IMG/VR virus record: IMGVR_UViG_3300045988_029408
Location: 1-64,000 of that record
Direction: 5' to 3' (one strand)
Length of the DNA stretch: 64,000 bases
DNA from: a virus
This document shows positions 47,901 through 56,960 of this stretch, piece after piece. Numbering within the stretch: position 1 is the first letter of the stretch; each line of letters starts with the position of its first letter. The translations under genes were made by a program, and so were the position numbers. The notes beneath the pieces are model-generated. The model had not been told where the DNA came from. It saw nothing but the letters and a program-made list of their open reading frames with translations, and searched no databases.

Positions 47901-49574
47901 ATAAAGAACTACTTATAGACAGAAATGCTACCTATGCAAGACGATGATATCCGTGGTACTTTTGTTGACGAAAATGGTAAACGCATACGGCAAATTCCTA
48001 TGTATTATTATGCAGAAGGGATTATAACAGAAGATGAACAATCTTTTGATTTACCTACTATCTTTTATAAATGGGCTGATGCTGCTGATACTTACTTAGT
48101 TAAACGTGATTTGGAGTCTTTAATACTGCAAACATAGGCATTGTTAGCTAGTAGAGAAACTCAGGATAATGTTATTTCTTTGTTAAAAGGTAATAAAAAT
48201 AAAGTATCCAGTCATAAAGTTAATACTTAGAATTAGTTTGATTCTTGGGTGGATTAGGTGTTCTATGGAAATAGAGTACAAGATATGGGTAAAATTAAAT
48301 TACCGTACTCTGATAAAGTAATAGATACTGCTAAATTAATAAAATGGATAGTTGGTATGTCTAATAAGAGAGTAATGTCTGGTAATATGGTAGCAGCACT
48401 CAATAATATATTGGTGGGTGAAGTAAATCAATTAGAAGAAGCTGTTGCAGGACAGCATACTACGAAAGAAGACTATGCTAGAGCTACTAAAGAATTTGCT
48501 AAGAACTTTTACGGTTTACTAGCAGATGTCAATAAAGCTGTACCACAGAATAAATTAAATTAGTTGGCTGAATGGTTTGGTATATTTGAATCAAATAAGA
48601 ATTTATCATTAGAAGGTTTTATGAGACATTCTGTTAGCGATATCTTATATACTCCGAATAAGATGGGTGAGCATGAGATGTAGATCAGATTCCTAACTGC
48701 TTGTTTGATGACTATGAAAGCTAAAGACGATAATGGTAAAGTAATAGGTAGTATGTATGATTATGTAACTTTTGATGAGAATAATTAGTTAGTAGTAGAT
48801 GATAAAGTTGCTAATTTTGATAAAATGTAGCAAAACTTATTTTCACTCAAGGTTAGGAAGGTACTAATTTCACTGCACGGTAATTATAGCGATAGAGCAT
48901 CTGTAGCTGCTGAATCTCAATGGTATGGTTGGATTGGTTTGTCTTTACGTAGATGGATTGAACCTACTGTAATGAGACGTTATCAAAAGAGATATTACGA
49001 TTCTGTGTTCGATACTGAAATAGGTGGTATGCATAGAGATTTTGCTTCTTGGCTGTTTAGAAATGAATATACAGCTGGTATGATAAATTTCTTTGCTACT
49101 AATATATTTAAAGCTAAACAACTTTAGATAGAGGTGATGAAGTGGAGTACTATGACCGATGACGAGAAGAGAAACGTAATTAAGTCAGCTATTGAATTTT
49201 CAGTTGCAGCTTTGAGCTATGCTATATTTGCTTTAATTAATCCTGGAGATGATGATGATCATGACTTTGGATAGGAAATATTGTGGGTAATAAAGTATTA
49301 GGCTTATAGATTATTTACAGATATGACTTTCTATGTCTTACCTACTTCTTTTACTAAGCTTTTCCAAGATCCTTTTCCAGTTATGGGTTATATAAACGAT
49401 ATACTTAAATTGTTTATGCAAATGTTTGATCCATTTGAAGAATATAGTACTGGTAAGCATTTGGTATCTAATAAATTATTAGATCAAGCTATTAGACTTA
49501 CTCCTGGAGCTAAATAGTTGGGTCGTATAGGTAATGCTTCTCAGGAAATAAACAGTTTCTTACATTAGCGATGA
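44907..49574 (+). CDS. Large virion protein (1,555 codons) with HExxH and PD-(D/E)xK-like motifs and C-terminal hydrophobic segments
   Basis: ATG 44907. Frame-0 track ORFs 45123 to 49323 are joined across 31 TAGs. TGA at 49572-49574. Contains HEYAH (45267-45281) and GIADLIL...YVLMDFKTK (45948-46016). Confidence 0.8.
45267..45281 (+). other. HExxH (HEYAH) motif
   Basis: Context is KDTIPHEYAHYYVEMF. Confidence 0.45.
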
Positions 49575-49617
49575 TTTATAATATTATTCGAGGTTAGGCT
49601 GGTACTAATCCTTGTGG

Positions 49618-50148
49618 TTATAAAAAAGATAAAGGCGGATTAATGTCCGCCTTTTTTATTGGTATATTGTTTAAGTTTAAAATAGCTTCACTTAGTTTTG
49701 GTTTAGTGGAGTATGAGAAATTGTATCCATTAAAGAAGTGAGTAATTATTTGTCTAGCTTTACTACTGATTGGTCCCCAATGGTCTAATATTTTATTTTG
49801 AGTTTGTACACTTACTTTGGTATATTCTCCATTTAATAAGTGTGTAAAGTCTTTTTTTAGTTTTGGAGGTATAGTAAATGCTATGACTTTGTAAGCATTT
49901 CCGTTTATGAATTCTGTATATTCAGCATATGAATTTTTATTGTTCTTAAATCTCACTTTAAGTTCATTAGGGAAAGCTCCTCTGTCATAGCATATAATAA
50001 TTTTATTTTCCCATTCGGGTTTATTGGCGTCAGCTATATAAATACCTAATGTAGTTTTATTTAGCCATTTTAAACTGTTTTCTTCTTCTATTAGTGGTAG
50101 TAAGAATAGTTTTGTTGCTATGTCTAACCACAACTTTTTGTTATTCAT
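49618..50148 (-). CDS. Hypothetical protein
   Basis: Intact 176-aa ORF. TAA stop. Last gene of the minus-strand operon. Confidence 0.7.
   Translation of the reverse strand: MNNKKLWLDIATKLFLLPLIEEENSLKWLNKTTLGIYIADANKPEWENKIIICYDRGAFPNELKVRFKNNKNSYAEYTEFINGNAYKVIAFTIPPKLKKDFTHLLNGEYTKVSVQTQNKILDHWGPISSKARQIITHFFNGYNFSYSTKPKLSEAILNLNNIPIKKADINPPLSFL
49631..49657. terminator. Bidirectional intrinsic terminator at the convergent late/early junction
   Basis: AAAGGCGGA / TCCGCCTTT stem with a 6-nt loop, flanked by an A-run and a T-run. Overlaps the last codons of minus-strand gene 49618-50148. Confidence 0.7.
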
Positions 50149-50153
50149 AACAT

Positions 50154-51155
50154 TTACAGTTCTTCTGTTCCATCACCTTCGTAATACTCAAGTGTATGGT
50201 CCCATTGATCTGTACTGATATGTTCTGAGATTCTTCGGAGAGCTTCTGATATTGAAGCGATCTTTTCATTGAGAGTAGTATCATTTTTCATATTGAATAC
50301 TCTAATCTCATTGTTAGCATCTTTACCTATTGCAATAATATATGCTTCAAAATCATATTCTTCAGAATTAAGATTTAATACTTCTTGCATATACCATTGG
50401 ATTGCTAATCCATAATAAGCAATTTGCCTATAATAATCGTATTCTTCTACTGAATGTTTAAAATTGTATACATTTACAGTAGTTTTTAAGTCAATAAGAA
50501 TTATCTTCTTATTGACATGATCAAAGCACACTCTATCTAATAGAGATTTACATTTGATATTGTGAAACTTTTCTACTTCCCAATTAATATGGAACTCATT
50601 ATGAGTTTCAAAAGTAGATGGTAAATTAAACAACAGCTCATTCGCTTTTTTATGATTCTGAATATTCTCTTTTATCTTTTTGAGCATTTGTAAATCGGCA
50701 AAGCTAATTATCTTTTTGTTTTCATCTACTTTACTTAGATATTCTAAGTAATCTTGATAAATCATAATAAGACCTTCAGCTTCTTCAATACATTTCTCAT
50801 CAGATTTCTTATTACTATAAGCTTTTTTATAAGCAGATAGTTTAAGCTTATCTTGAGATTCTAATGGATTTACTTGCATAAGTCTATGATACTCATCTAA
50901 TAAATCCTTTTGCTGTTTTACTTTAGGTGTTGCAAAATCAAGAATAATATAATCTTTCCAGAATTCTTCTGGTTGAAGTAAATATTCATGAATCATAGTT
51001 CCTTTTTCAAGGAAATTATAATCTAATTTTGCTACTTTTCCTTCTTTGTAATCTTTTAGACCTTTTGGTCCATTTTTAAGAAAATATCCAATATCACTAT
51101 TAGAGTAACGAGACATATCCTCATAGTAAGGAGTATCAATTACCATCTTGTTCAT
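50154..51155 (-). CDS. PD-(D/E)xK family exonuclease (RecE/ExoVIII-like)
   Basis: LDRVCFD ... IILIDLKTT ... YYRQIAYY motif order is typical of PDDEXK exonucleases. Confidence 0.6.
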   Translation of the reverse strand: MNKMVIDTPYYEDMSRYSNSDIGYFLKNGPKGLKDYKEGKVAKLDYNFLEKGTMIHEYLLQPEEFWKDYIILDFATPKVKQQKDLLDEYHRLMQVNPLESQDKLKLSAYKKAYSNKKSDEKCIEEAEGLIMIYQDYLEYLSKVDENKKIISFADLQMLKKIKENIQNHKKANELLFNLPSTFETHNEFHINWEVEKFHNIKCKSLLDRVCFDHVNKKIILIDLKTTVNVYNFKHSVEEYDYYRQIAYYGLAIQWYMQEVLNLNSEEYDFEAYIIAIGKDANNEIRVFNMKNDTTLNEKIASISEALRRISEHISTDQWDHTLEYYEGDGTEEL

Positions 51156-51157
51156 AC

Positions 51158-51973
51158 TTAATCCTCCATGTCGCTAATTACAGCTGACTCAGGAACTTCT
51201 GCTGAAGTATCCCAAACTAATTCATCTTCTTTATCTTGTTGTAGTTCAACTTCTTTAAATGTCTTAAGCCAATCCGCTACATTATTATTGTATGCTTGAC
51301 TAATAAGTTTATCTAAGAATGCTTGTTCTACTTGTTTCTTTTCTTTTTCTGTCATAATATCTAACACTACAAATTTATAATTCTTTTTAAAACTATAACA
51401 ACTATTCAATCTAGAACAATTGTATCTTCCAGAATTTATATCACTAGATCCATCATGCCAATGCCCATATAAATGATATTTACTCTTTCCAAAGGAGAAA
51501 ACATCTAGAGCTTCATTACAAAATGGATTATCATGTGTTAGTAGTATATCACATTGTGGTATATCTTCGTAAGTATCAAATCTACTAAATGCCCATCTGT
51601 CCTCTTGAAATTCAATTGGTTTAATCCAAGGAGATCCGTAGAATTTAACACCTTCATATATATACATTTCATCTATAAGAAATACTAATTTACCTTTAGA
51701 TAAAATTTGCATATGATCTTTAAAAGAACCCCATTCATTTAATTTATACTTATATTCTAAGTAAAAATCATGATTACCTGGTATAATAATTACCTTCTTA
51801 CAAGGTAATTTATCTACCCACTTTATGAATTTTGTTTCCCACCAATGTTTAGATGCTTCAATATTTCTTTGAGTATTTAATGTTACTACATCACCGCATA
51901 TACATAGTACATCACACTCAGGTATATTCTCAACGAGATTACCATGTATATCACTTATACCGCATATTTTCAT
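51158..51973 (-). CDS. Calcineurin-like metallophosphoesterase
   Basis: Motifs SDIHGN, CGDVV, PGNHD and GHWHDG occur in canonical order. Confidence 0.8.
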   Translation of the reverse strand: MKICGISDIHGNLVENIPECDVLCICGDVVTLNTQRNIEASKHWWETKFIKWVDKLPCKKVIIIPGNHDFYLEYKYKLNEWGSFKDHMQILSKGKLVFLIDEMYIYEGVKFYGSPWIKPIEFQEDRWAFSRFDTYEDIPQCDILLTHDNPFCNEALDVFSFGKSKYHLYGHWHDGSSDINSGRYNCSRLNSCYSFKKNYKFVVLDIMTEKEKKQVEQAFLDKLISQAYNNNVADWLKTFKEVELQQDKEDELVWDTSAEVPESAVISDMED

Positions 51974-52019
51974 GTTTATATAAGTTAAAAGGCTAGAATA
52001 TATCTAGCCTTATTTGTTT

Positions 52020-52895
52020 TCATGCTGCATCACAACATTCGTAATCATCATCACTATATTCATTATCTTCATTATCATACTCATCGTTATATTCTACAGT
52101 ATCACTAACTTTAGTTGGTATATTTTCAGTAGAGATATTCATAATGTTTATGATTTCCTGAAGACTAATATCTTCATCTTCTAGCATTTTGACTTCACTC
52201 ATGAAAGAAACAATGTTATCCATAGAAAGTAGTTTAATATTCTCTTTACAGAATTTTACTACTTCTTCTTTGTTCTTAATACCAAAATCATCAGCTAACA
52301 TCGGTAAGAATGCAGCATTTTCATCAGGAGAATATCGACGTAAATAACGAATACGTGAACAGCGATCTTGCATATACTGACTAACTTTGCTTAAATCATT
52401 GCAAGTCATGATTACTAGTTTCTGTGCAGTCTTTTCAACTCCATCTAAGAAATCTAGCATATACTCAGTTTTGAAGTTCTTTTCAACTTCATCAAACAAA
52501 ACACACACTGGAGTAGTAAAGGACTTAAAAAACTTAATAAGTTTGCCTTCTGGATAATCAGGATTAACTACAATAATAGGTAAACCTGATTCCTTAGCTA
52601 ATATTTTTGCCATTACAGTCTTACCTGTACCTTTAGTACCAGCTAGCATTACACTAGTAGTATTTGTATTTGCTTTATTAAAATAGGTTATAATACGCTT
52701 CTTAAATATATCATCTGTTTTAGTAGAATAGACTTTCTTTGGTAGATTTAATTCACCGTTCTCCTTAAATATAGGTGAATCTTCCCATCTATTCCAACTC
52801 AGATCATATACTTTACCAGGTATCAAATCATAATCGGCACCTTTAGGTTTTGCAATTATCTGTTCTCCTATTTTAATAAATTCGTTCTTTGCCAT
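52020..52895 (-). CDS. AAA+ ATPase
   Basis: Walker A GTKGTGKT and Walker B VLFDEVE. Acidic C-terminal tail ending in CCDAA. Confidence 0.7.
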   Translation of the reverse strand: MAKNEFIKIGEQIIAKPKGADYDLIPGKVYDLSWNRWEDSPIFKENGELNLPKKVYSTKTDDIFKKRIITYFNKANTNTTSVMLAGTKGTGKTVMAKILAKESGLPIIVVNPDYPEGKLIKFFKSFTTPVCVLFDEVEKNFKTEYMLDFLDGVEKTAQKLVIMTCNDLSKVSQYMQDRCSRIRYLRRYSPDENAAFLPMLADDFGIKNKEEVVKFCKENIKLLSMDNIVSFMSEVKMLEDEDISLQEIINIMNISTENIPTKVSDTVEYNDEYDNEDNEYSDDDYECCDAA

Positions 52896-52907
52896 AATCT
52901 GAAAATT

Positions 52908-53287
52908 TAAGATTTTAATTTGTTGATTAACTCATCAACTTGTTTTTTATTCTTTACTAAATAAAATTTAGTATCTGGTTCATTCAAGCTTAAATAATAC
53001 TTGAATAGTTTTTCTCTGTTTGCCCAAGAATCTGTAGCAAATCCTTTGCATTCTATAACAAAACCATCTCCTACAAAATCTGGTAAATAAGTAATAGCTC
53101 TAACTGTAGAGTTATTATATACAAACTTAGGAAGTAAAGTATATCTATGCTGTTCATATTCAGCTGATATATCTGCTTCCTTTAGTTTCTAATATGTATA
53201 AGCTTCTAATTTAGATCGAAATACTATTCCATCTATTTCTTGTTTAGTAGCATTACGCACTTTCTTGTTTAAGACTTGTTTTAGCAT
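52908..53287 (-). pseudogene. DUF1064-like nuclease gene with an in-frame TAG and a 1-nt frame disruption
   Basis: Frame A (ATG at 53287) gives MLKQVLNKKVRNATKQEIDGIVFRSKLEAYTY(TAG)KLKEADISAD. The fold continues in another frame from 53159 as YEQHRYTLLPKF...ITYLPDFVGDGFVIECKGFATDSWANREKLF to TAA 52908-52910. Exactly one base appears to be missing at 53159-53161. Confidence 0.6.
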
Positions 53288-53591
53288 AATTAATATAATG
53301 TTGCATACTATCACTAGTTATTTTAAACGTTTCAATTCTTTCAGAAAAATTACCATTTTCATCCGTAAATCCTACTGAATATAAGAAAGAATAATCTTTA
53401 TTATATTTGAAAGCTTTAAACATTTCTTTAATTGAATTTCCTATAAACTTACGTTTTTTATTCCATTCAATAAATTCTCCATGCAACAATACACTTACTA
53501 ATTTGATTGGAATCAATAATAACTTTCCAAGTATTAGAGCTAAATCAAAAGGTAATGCTATTACTTTACCTATAGTTTTTAATAGTTTCAT
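53253..53591 (-). CDS. Small membrane protein
   Basis: Intact 112-aa ORF with a hydrophobic N-terminal half. Confidence 0.65.
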   Translation of the reverse strand: MKLLKTIGKVIALPFDLALILGKLLLIPIKLVSVLLHGEFIEWNKKRKFIGNSIKEMFKAFKYNKDYSFLYSVGFTDENGNFSERIETFKITSDSMQHYINYAKTSLKQESA

Positions 53592-54546
53592 CTAACCAAT
53601 TTTTTATTTCTTCAAAGCTATTTGCTTTAACAGCATCAGATACGTCTTTAGCTTTGAATTTTTTGTTAATAAACATTGCTTCTAAGCCTGTTTCTCGGCT
53701 TAATTTGCGACTTCTTTTTACTCCAGAAGTATCTCTATCGAAAAGTATTACAATACGCTTAAAACGCGTCTTAAGTTGCTCTAATACATCTTTAGGTAGA
53801 AATGTACTCTCTGAAGATGGAGAAACTGCTGGATAACCCATTTCATGCAAACACATAACATCTTTCATGGACTTTGTGATAAATAATATATCACCTTTCT
53901 GAGGCAACTGCTCATAGCCTTGGATATCATAGTCTGTAAGATTGTTTCTCCACTTAGTATATTTATCTGCTAATGGTCTATATATTTTAAAGTTATTATA
54001 GACCTTATATGCATACATTGGATTTTCTCGTTTATAAGTACCCTTTACTATTCCGTTACATAAATAATATTTAATACTATTTACATTGAATTTCTTTAGA
54101 GTATTTATAGAAATATTAAACTGTTTCCAGTAATTGATATCTACATCAGTAAATTCTTGACGTACTACACCAATTACTGTTTCAGTTGGCTGTATATATT
54201 GCTTAGAGCTAACGAGTTTAGTGTTGTTAGTAATGTTTAATTTATCTACTATATCAGATAATATATCATTATATTCTGTTTTACCAGTAAATAATGATAC
54301 AAATTTAATTACATTACCACATTCACCTGTTCCATGATCTTTAAAAAGTAGTTGTTTAGTACGTTTACTATAGTAAATACCAAAGGATGGATTCTTATCC
54401 TTCCTAAATGGACTATTGTATATCATACCTACTTTAAATTGACCTATATATTTTGCATATATATCATATTCTGTTACTTTAGAAAGTATCCAATCTAGAG
54501 TAATATTATCTGGGAGTTTTGCTCGCTTTCTACTATACATATGCAA
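53566..54546 (-). CDS. DNA primase (TOPRIM domain)
   Basis: FITKSMKDVM ... SPSSESTF ... VILFDRDTSG supplies the TOPRIM Glu and DxD. The N-terminal NSPFRKDKNPSFG region is primase-like. Confidence 0.7.
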   Translation of the reverse strand: MHMYSRKRAKLPDNITLDWILSKVTEYDIYAKYIGQFKVGMIYNSPFRKDKNPSFGIYYSKRTKQLLFKDHGTGECGNVIKFVSLFTGKTEYNDILSDIVDKLNITNNTKLVSSKQYIQPTETVIGVVRQEFTDVDINYWKQFNISINTLKKFNVNSIKYYLCNGIVKGTYKRENPMYAYKVYNNFKIYRPLADKYTKWRNNLTDYDIQGYEQLPQKGDILFITKSMKDVMCLHEMGYPAVSPSSESTFLPKDVLEQLKTRFKRIVILFDRDTSGVKRSRKLSRETGLEAMFINKKFKAKDVSDAVKANSFEEIKNWLDETIKNYR

Positions 54547-54560
54547 TCTGTTTTAGTTTG

Positions 54561-54696
54561 CTACTAGTCGTGGAATCGAACCACGCCTATCCAGAGATAG
54601 ATTTTTATTTCTGCTGTGCAGGCTCACGCTTCCATAAATTATCTAATATCCTTAAATTGATAGTGCCATATAGGATTGTTACAGATCCTCCTAGTA
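54561..54696 (-). tRNA. Oversized tRNA-like element 1 (136 nt); no canonical cloverleaf found by eye
   Basis: Canonical T-arm CGTGG-TTCGATT-CCACG (54569-54585). Acceptor pairing is TACTAG(G) with (A)CTAGTA, or a perfect 7 bp CTACTAG/CTAGTAG one register over. U1:A72 and discriminator G. GGAT/ATCC D-like stem. The triplet CTA falls at nt 34-36 from the 5' end (54661-54663), but the flanking 5-mers do not pair. Confidence 0.5.
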
Positions 54697-54709
54697 GTTG
54701 AAACTATTC

Positions 54710-55501
54710 TTATTTATTAAATAGTTTCGATATTCTTTCTATAGTTGATTCTGCATCTTCATCAGTTAAAGCTTCGCCTGTCTGAATGTAGATGTCAGAA
54801 GTTGTTTCTTTCTTCATTGGTCTAACTGAATGTCCGTATCCCCAATTCATTTTAAATTTAGCATTCCAGAATTTAAACATCCAGTATCTAAAGAACCAAG
54901 GAGATATTGCTGTAAGTATTTGTCCTTTAATTAAAGGATCTTCAAACTTCTTAATTATAACTTCAACTCCAAGAAATCCTATAGGTTCTCCGTTAAAATA
55001 ACCAGGATCTTCATTATCTGCATATGCAGATATTTGAACACGATATCCTTGGGATTCTAGCATATCTATTATTCTCATAGCAGTATATGCACGAATCATA
55101 AGATTTTCAGCTGAACACCAGCAATTCTCACATATAGAAATATGAAGTTTAACGAACTTACCAGTACCTATACCATGTGTGGGTATTCTTTTCTTTAGGC
55201 AAGGTAGACCTTCTATGTACCGATCAAAGTTCATATCATCTCCATCAGAATCATCGTACTTATATTTATGTTTACGACCTCCTAGATTTATATCCTTTTC
55301 TATTTTCTTTAGATTATCTAAACCTTTGGTATAACTATATTTAGAATCATGTATTTCTGCTGTAGATAATCCTCTAAAACCAGGGTCATCGTGATTTTCA
55401 ATATTATCTATTTCAGCAGGATTACCTCCTTCAATATTGTCACATTCTCTGTAAAATTCATCTAATGAATTTATATTAATGTTTAAATTCAGTTTTTTCA
55501 T
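54710..55501 (-). CDS. Hypothetical protein (possible partner of the upstream MoxR-like ATPase)
   Basis: Intact 263-aa ORF with a 1-nt start/stop overlap with the ATPase gene. Confidence 0.65.
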   Translation of the reverse strand: MKKLNLNININSLDEFYRECDNIEGGNPAEIDNIENHDDPGFRGLSTAEIHDSKYSYTKGLDNLKKIEKDINLGGRKHKYKYDDSDGDDMNFDRYIEGLPCLKKRIPTHGIGTGKFVKLHISICENCWCSAENLMIRAYTAMRIIDMLESQGYRVQISAYADNEDPGYFNGEPIGFLGVEVIIKKFEDPLIKGQILTAISPWFFRYWMFKFWNAKFKMNWGYGHSVRPMKKETTSDIYIQTGEALTDEDAESTIERISKLFNK

Positions 55502-56880
55502 TACGCTGCCGTTTTAAATTTTGCTGTTACAGTAGAATTTGAAAAATCTTTACGTATAGCTTCAATTATTGAAGCAGTACTTTGTTTAGTTTTATTTTCT
55601 TCTACTTTTTGAATATATTGTTTTACTATATTCTTTTCAGTATCAGACCAGTTAATAATAAGCATATCTTTCCAGTCTAACATACCTACTTTCTTCATCT
55701 TTTCTGCTGCTTGAATCATACGAGTAGATGCAATACGGCGTAATGAATTTATTTTAATGCAGTCGCGTAGTAAATAAATATAATCTACTACTTCGTGATC
55801 AAATTGTGACTCATATTTAACAGAGTAATTTACTTCAATTATTGCTCCAGTAAAACGGTCAATTGTTGAAGCATCTAGTTGGTTATTAGCAACATACTGA
55901 CGGTCTGCTCCATTACCAAAAGTATTTGATGTAGCAATAATAATACATTCAGGATGTCGTAAGACAGTTCCTGTAGTAGTTTCTATTTCACCGTTTGCTA
56001 ATGCTGCATTAATAACCTGTGCTACAGATGGATCGAGCGCAGTCATCTCATCTATAAGGATTATTGACTTCTTAGCATAGAATTCAGCAAACTTAGTTGC
56101 TTCACGAGTAGGATATTTATATCCTGTAAATTCTGTTGCAGAAGTACCAATACCACAAGAAATACATAAGTAAGGAATATCTAGTTCTTTAGCTGTATTA
56201 CGAGCTATAGTTGATTTACCACAACCAGCTGGACCAACCATCCAGATGTTATTCATACCTGCTTTAATTAAACTTTTAAGCTTGTCTTCTGGTTCTAGTG
56301 AACTAAATGAGAATTGAATTTTCTTTAATTCTTCTTTTTCCTTTTCTTTTTCCTCTTTCTTTTTAAATTCTTCTTCTAATTTGTTAAGCAATTCTTTGAT
56401 TTCTGTTTTGCTTCCAAATTGTTCTAGTGCTTTTTTCTCTATTTGTTTCTTTTTTTTAAGATCTGTTATATTAGCTATTTTAATAGCTCCACTACACACT
56501 TTATACTCTTGTCCAGTACAATTTGTAATAGTATATTCTCTGGATTGTCCTTTCTTTCCTTTTACTTCTGAAGTTAATATTAAGAAAATACCTTGTTGTT
56601 CTTGTTGTTTTCCTTTAGGATTATTATATTTTATACTACCATAAAATCTATTTCCAGGCTTTAAATCATGAACATCTGTATTATGATTAACTAAGGTGCT
56701 ATCTTTAGATATATTGTCTTCTTGATTTTCAATTTGCTCATCGTGCTCTGTAGCTTCAGATGCATCAGTATTTTGAGTTTCTGTAGTTACATCTTTAGGA
56801 TCTTTTAATTTCTGTTCTTTCGCACTAGATTTTGCAGGTTGATCTTTTTCTATATCTTGAATATGTTCTATTTCTACCAT
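55501..56880 (-). CDS. MoxR/AAA_5-like ATPase
   Basis: Walker A GPAGCGKS, Walker B ILIDEM, and ...IIIATSNT...DRF typical of AAA_5. Confidence 0.7.
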   Translation of the reverse strand: MVEIEHIQDIEKDQPAKSSAKEQKLKDPKDVTTETQNTDASEATEHDEQIENQEDNISKDSTLVNHNTDVHDLKPGNRFYGSIKYNNPKGKQQEQQGIFLILTSEVKGKKGQSREYTITNCTGQEYKVCSGAIKIANITDLKKKKQIEKKALEQFGSKTEIKELLNKLEEEFKKKEEKEKEKEELKKIQFSFSSLEPEDKLKSLIKAGMNNIWMVGPAGCGKSTIARNTAKELDIPYLCISCGIGTSATEFTGYKYPTREATKFAEFYAKKSIILIDEMTALDPSVAQVINAALANGEIETTTGTVLRHPECIIIATSNTFGNGADRQYVANNQLDASTIDRFTGAIIEVNYSVKYESQFDHEVVDYIYLLRDCIKINSLRRIASTRMIQAAEKMKKVGMLDWKDMLIINWSDTEKNIVKQYIQKVEENKTKQSTASIIEAIRKDFSNSTVTAKFKTAA

Positions 56881-56900
56881 GATGATTTATTTTAATGATT

Positions 56901-56934
56901 AAAAAAGAATAAGGGTAGCTTTTACACTACCCTT
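56901..56934 (-). terminator. Intrinsic terminator after the SSB-like gene
   Basis: AAGGGTAG / CTACCCTT 8-bp stem, followed on the minus strand by ATTCTTTTTT. Confidence 0.6.
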
Positions 56935-56960
56935 ATTTATTAATAATGATCTACTTTATA

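Noticed and set aside
1-49574. Reading the fragmented plus-strand ORFs as a heavily pseudogenised or degraded region
   Set aside because: Frame is maintained across every TAG for up to 15.3 kb with no TAA/TGA. Conserved motifs continue across the junctions (RT, M15 peptidase, RNAP DFDID context). Gene ends show orderly ATGA/TAATG coupling. Decay would produce mixed stops and frameshifts.
1366-49574. TGA reassignment (code 4-like) as an alternative explanation
   Set aside because: TGA is used as a genuine stop at six plus-strand gene ends (1368, 7233, 15947, 17535, 19549, 20013) and again at 49574. These are often overlapped by the next start codon. No long ORF needs TGA read-through.
54561-54588. 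T-arm plus acceptor fragments as phage attP cores derived from host tRNA 3' ends
   Set aside because: Both elements also carry the complementary 5' acceptor strand and D-arm-like features. No integrase gene is present in the window, and both sit inside an operon of replication genes.
54642-54648. A normal-length tRNA (88 nt) using the internal strand TATTAGA as the 5' acceptor of element 1, and likewise GGAATAT (62708-62714) for an 80-nt version of element 2
   Set aside because: Both internal strands pair 6 of 7 with the 3' acceptor strand. But with those 5' ends I could not draw either a D-arm or an anticodon arm. The outer 5' strands pair at least as well and restore a D-arm in element 2.
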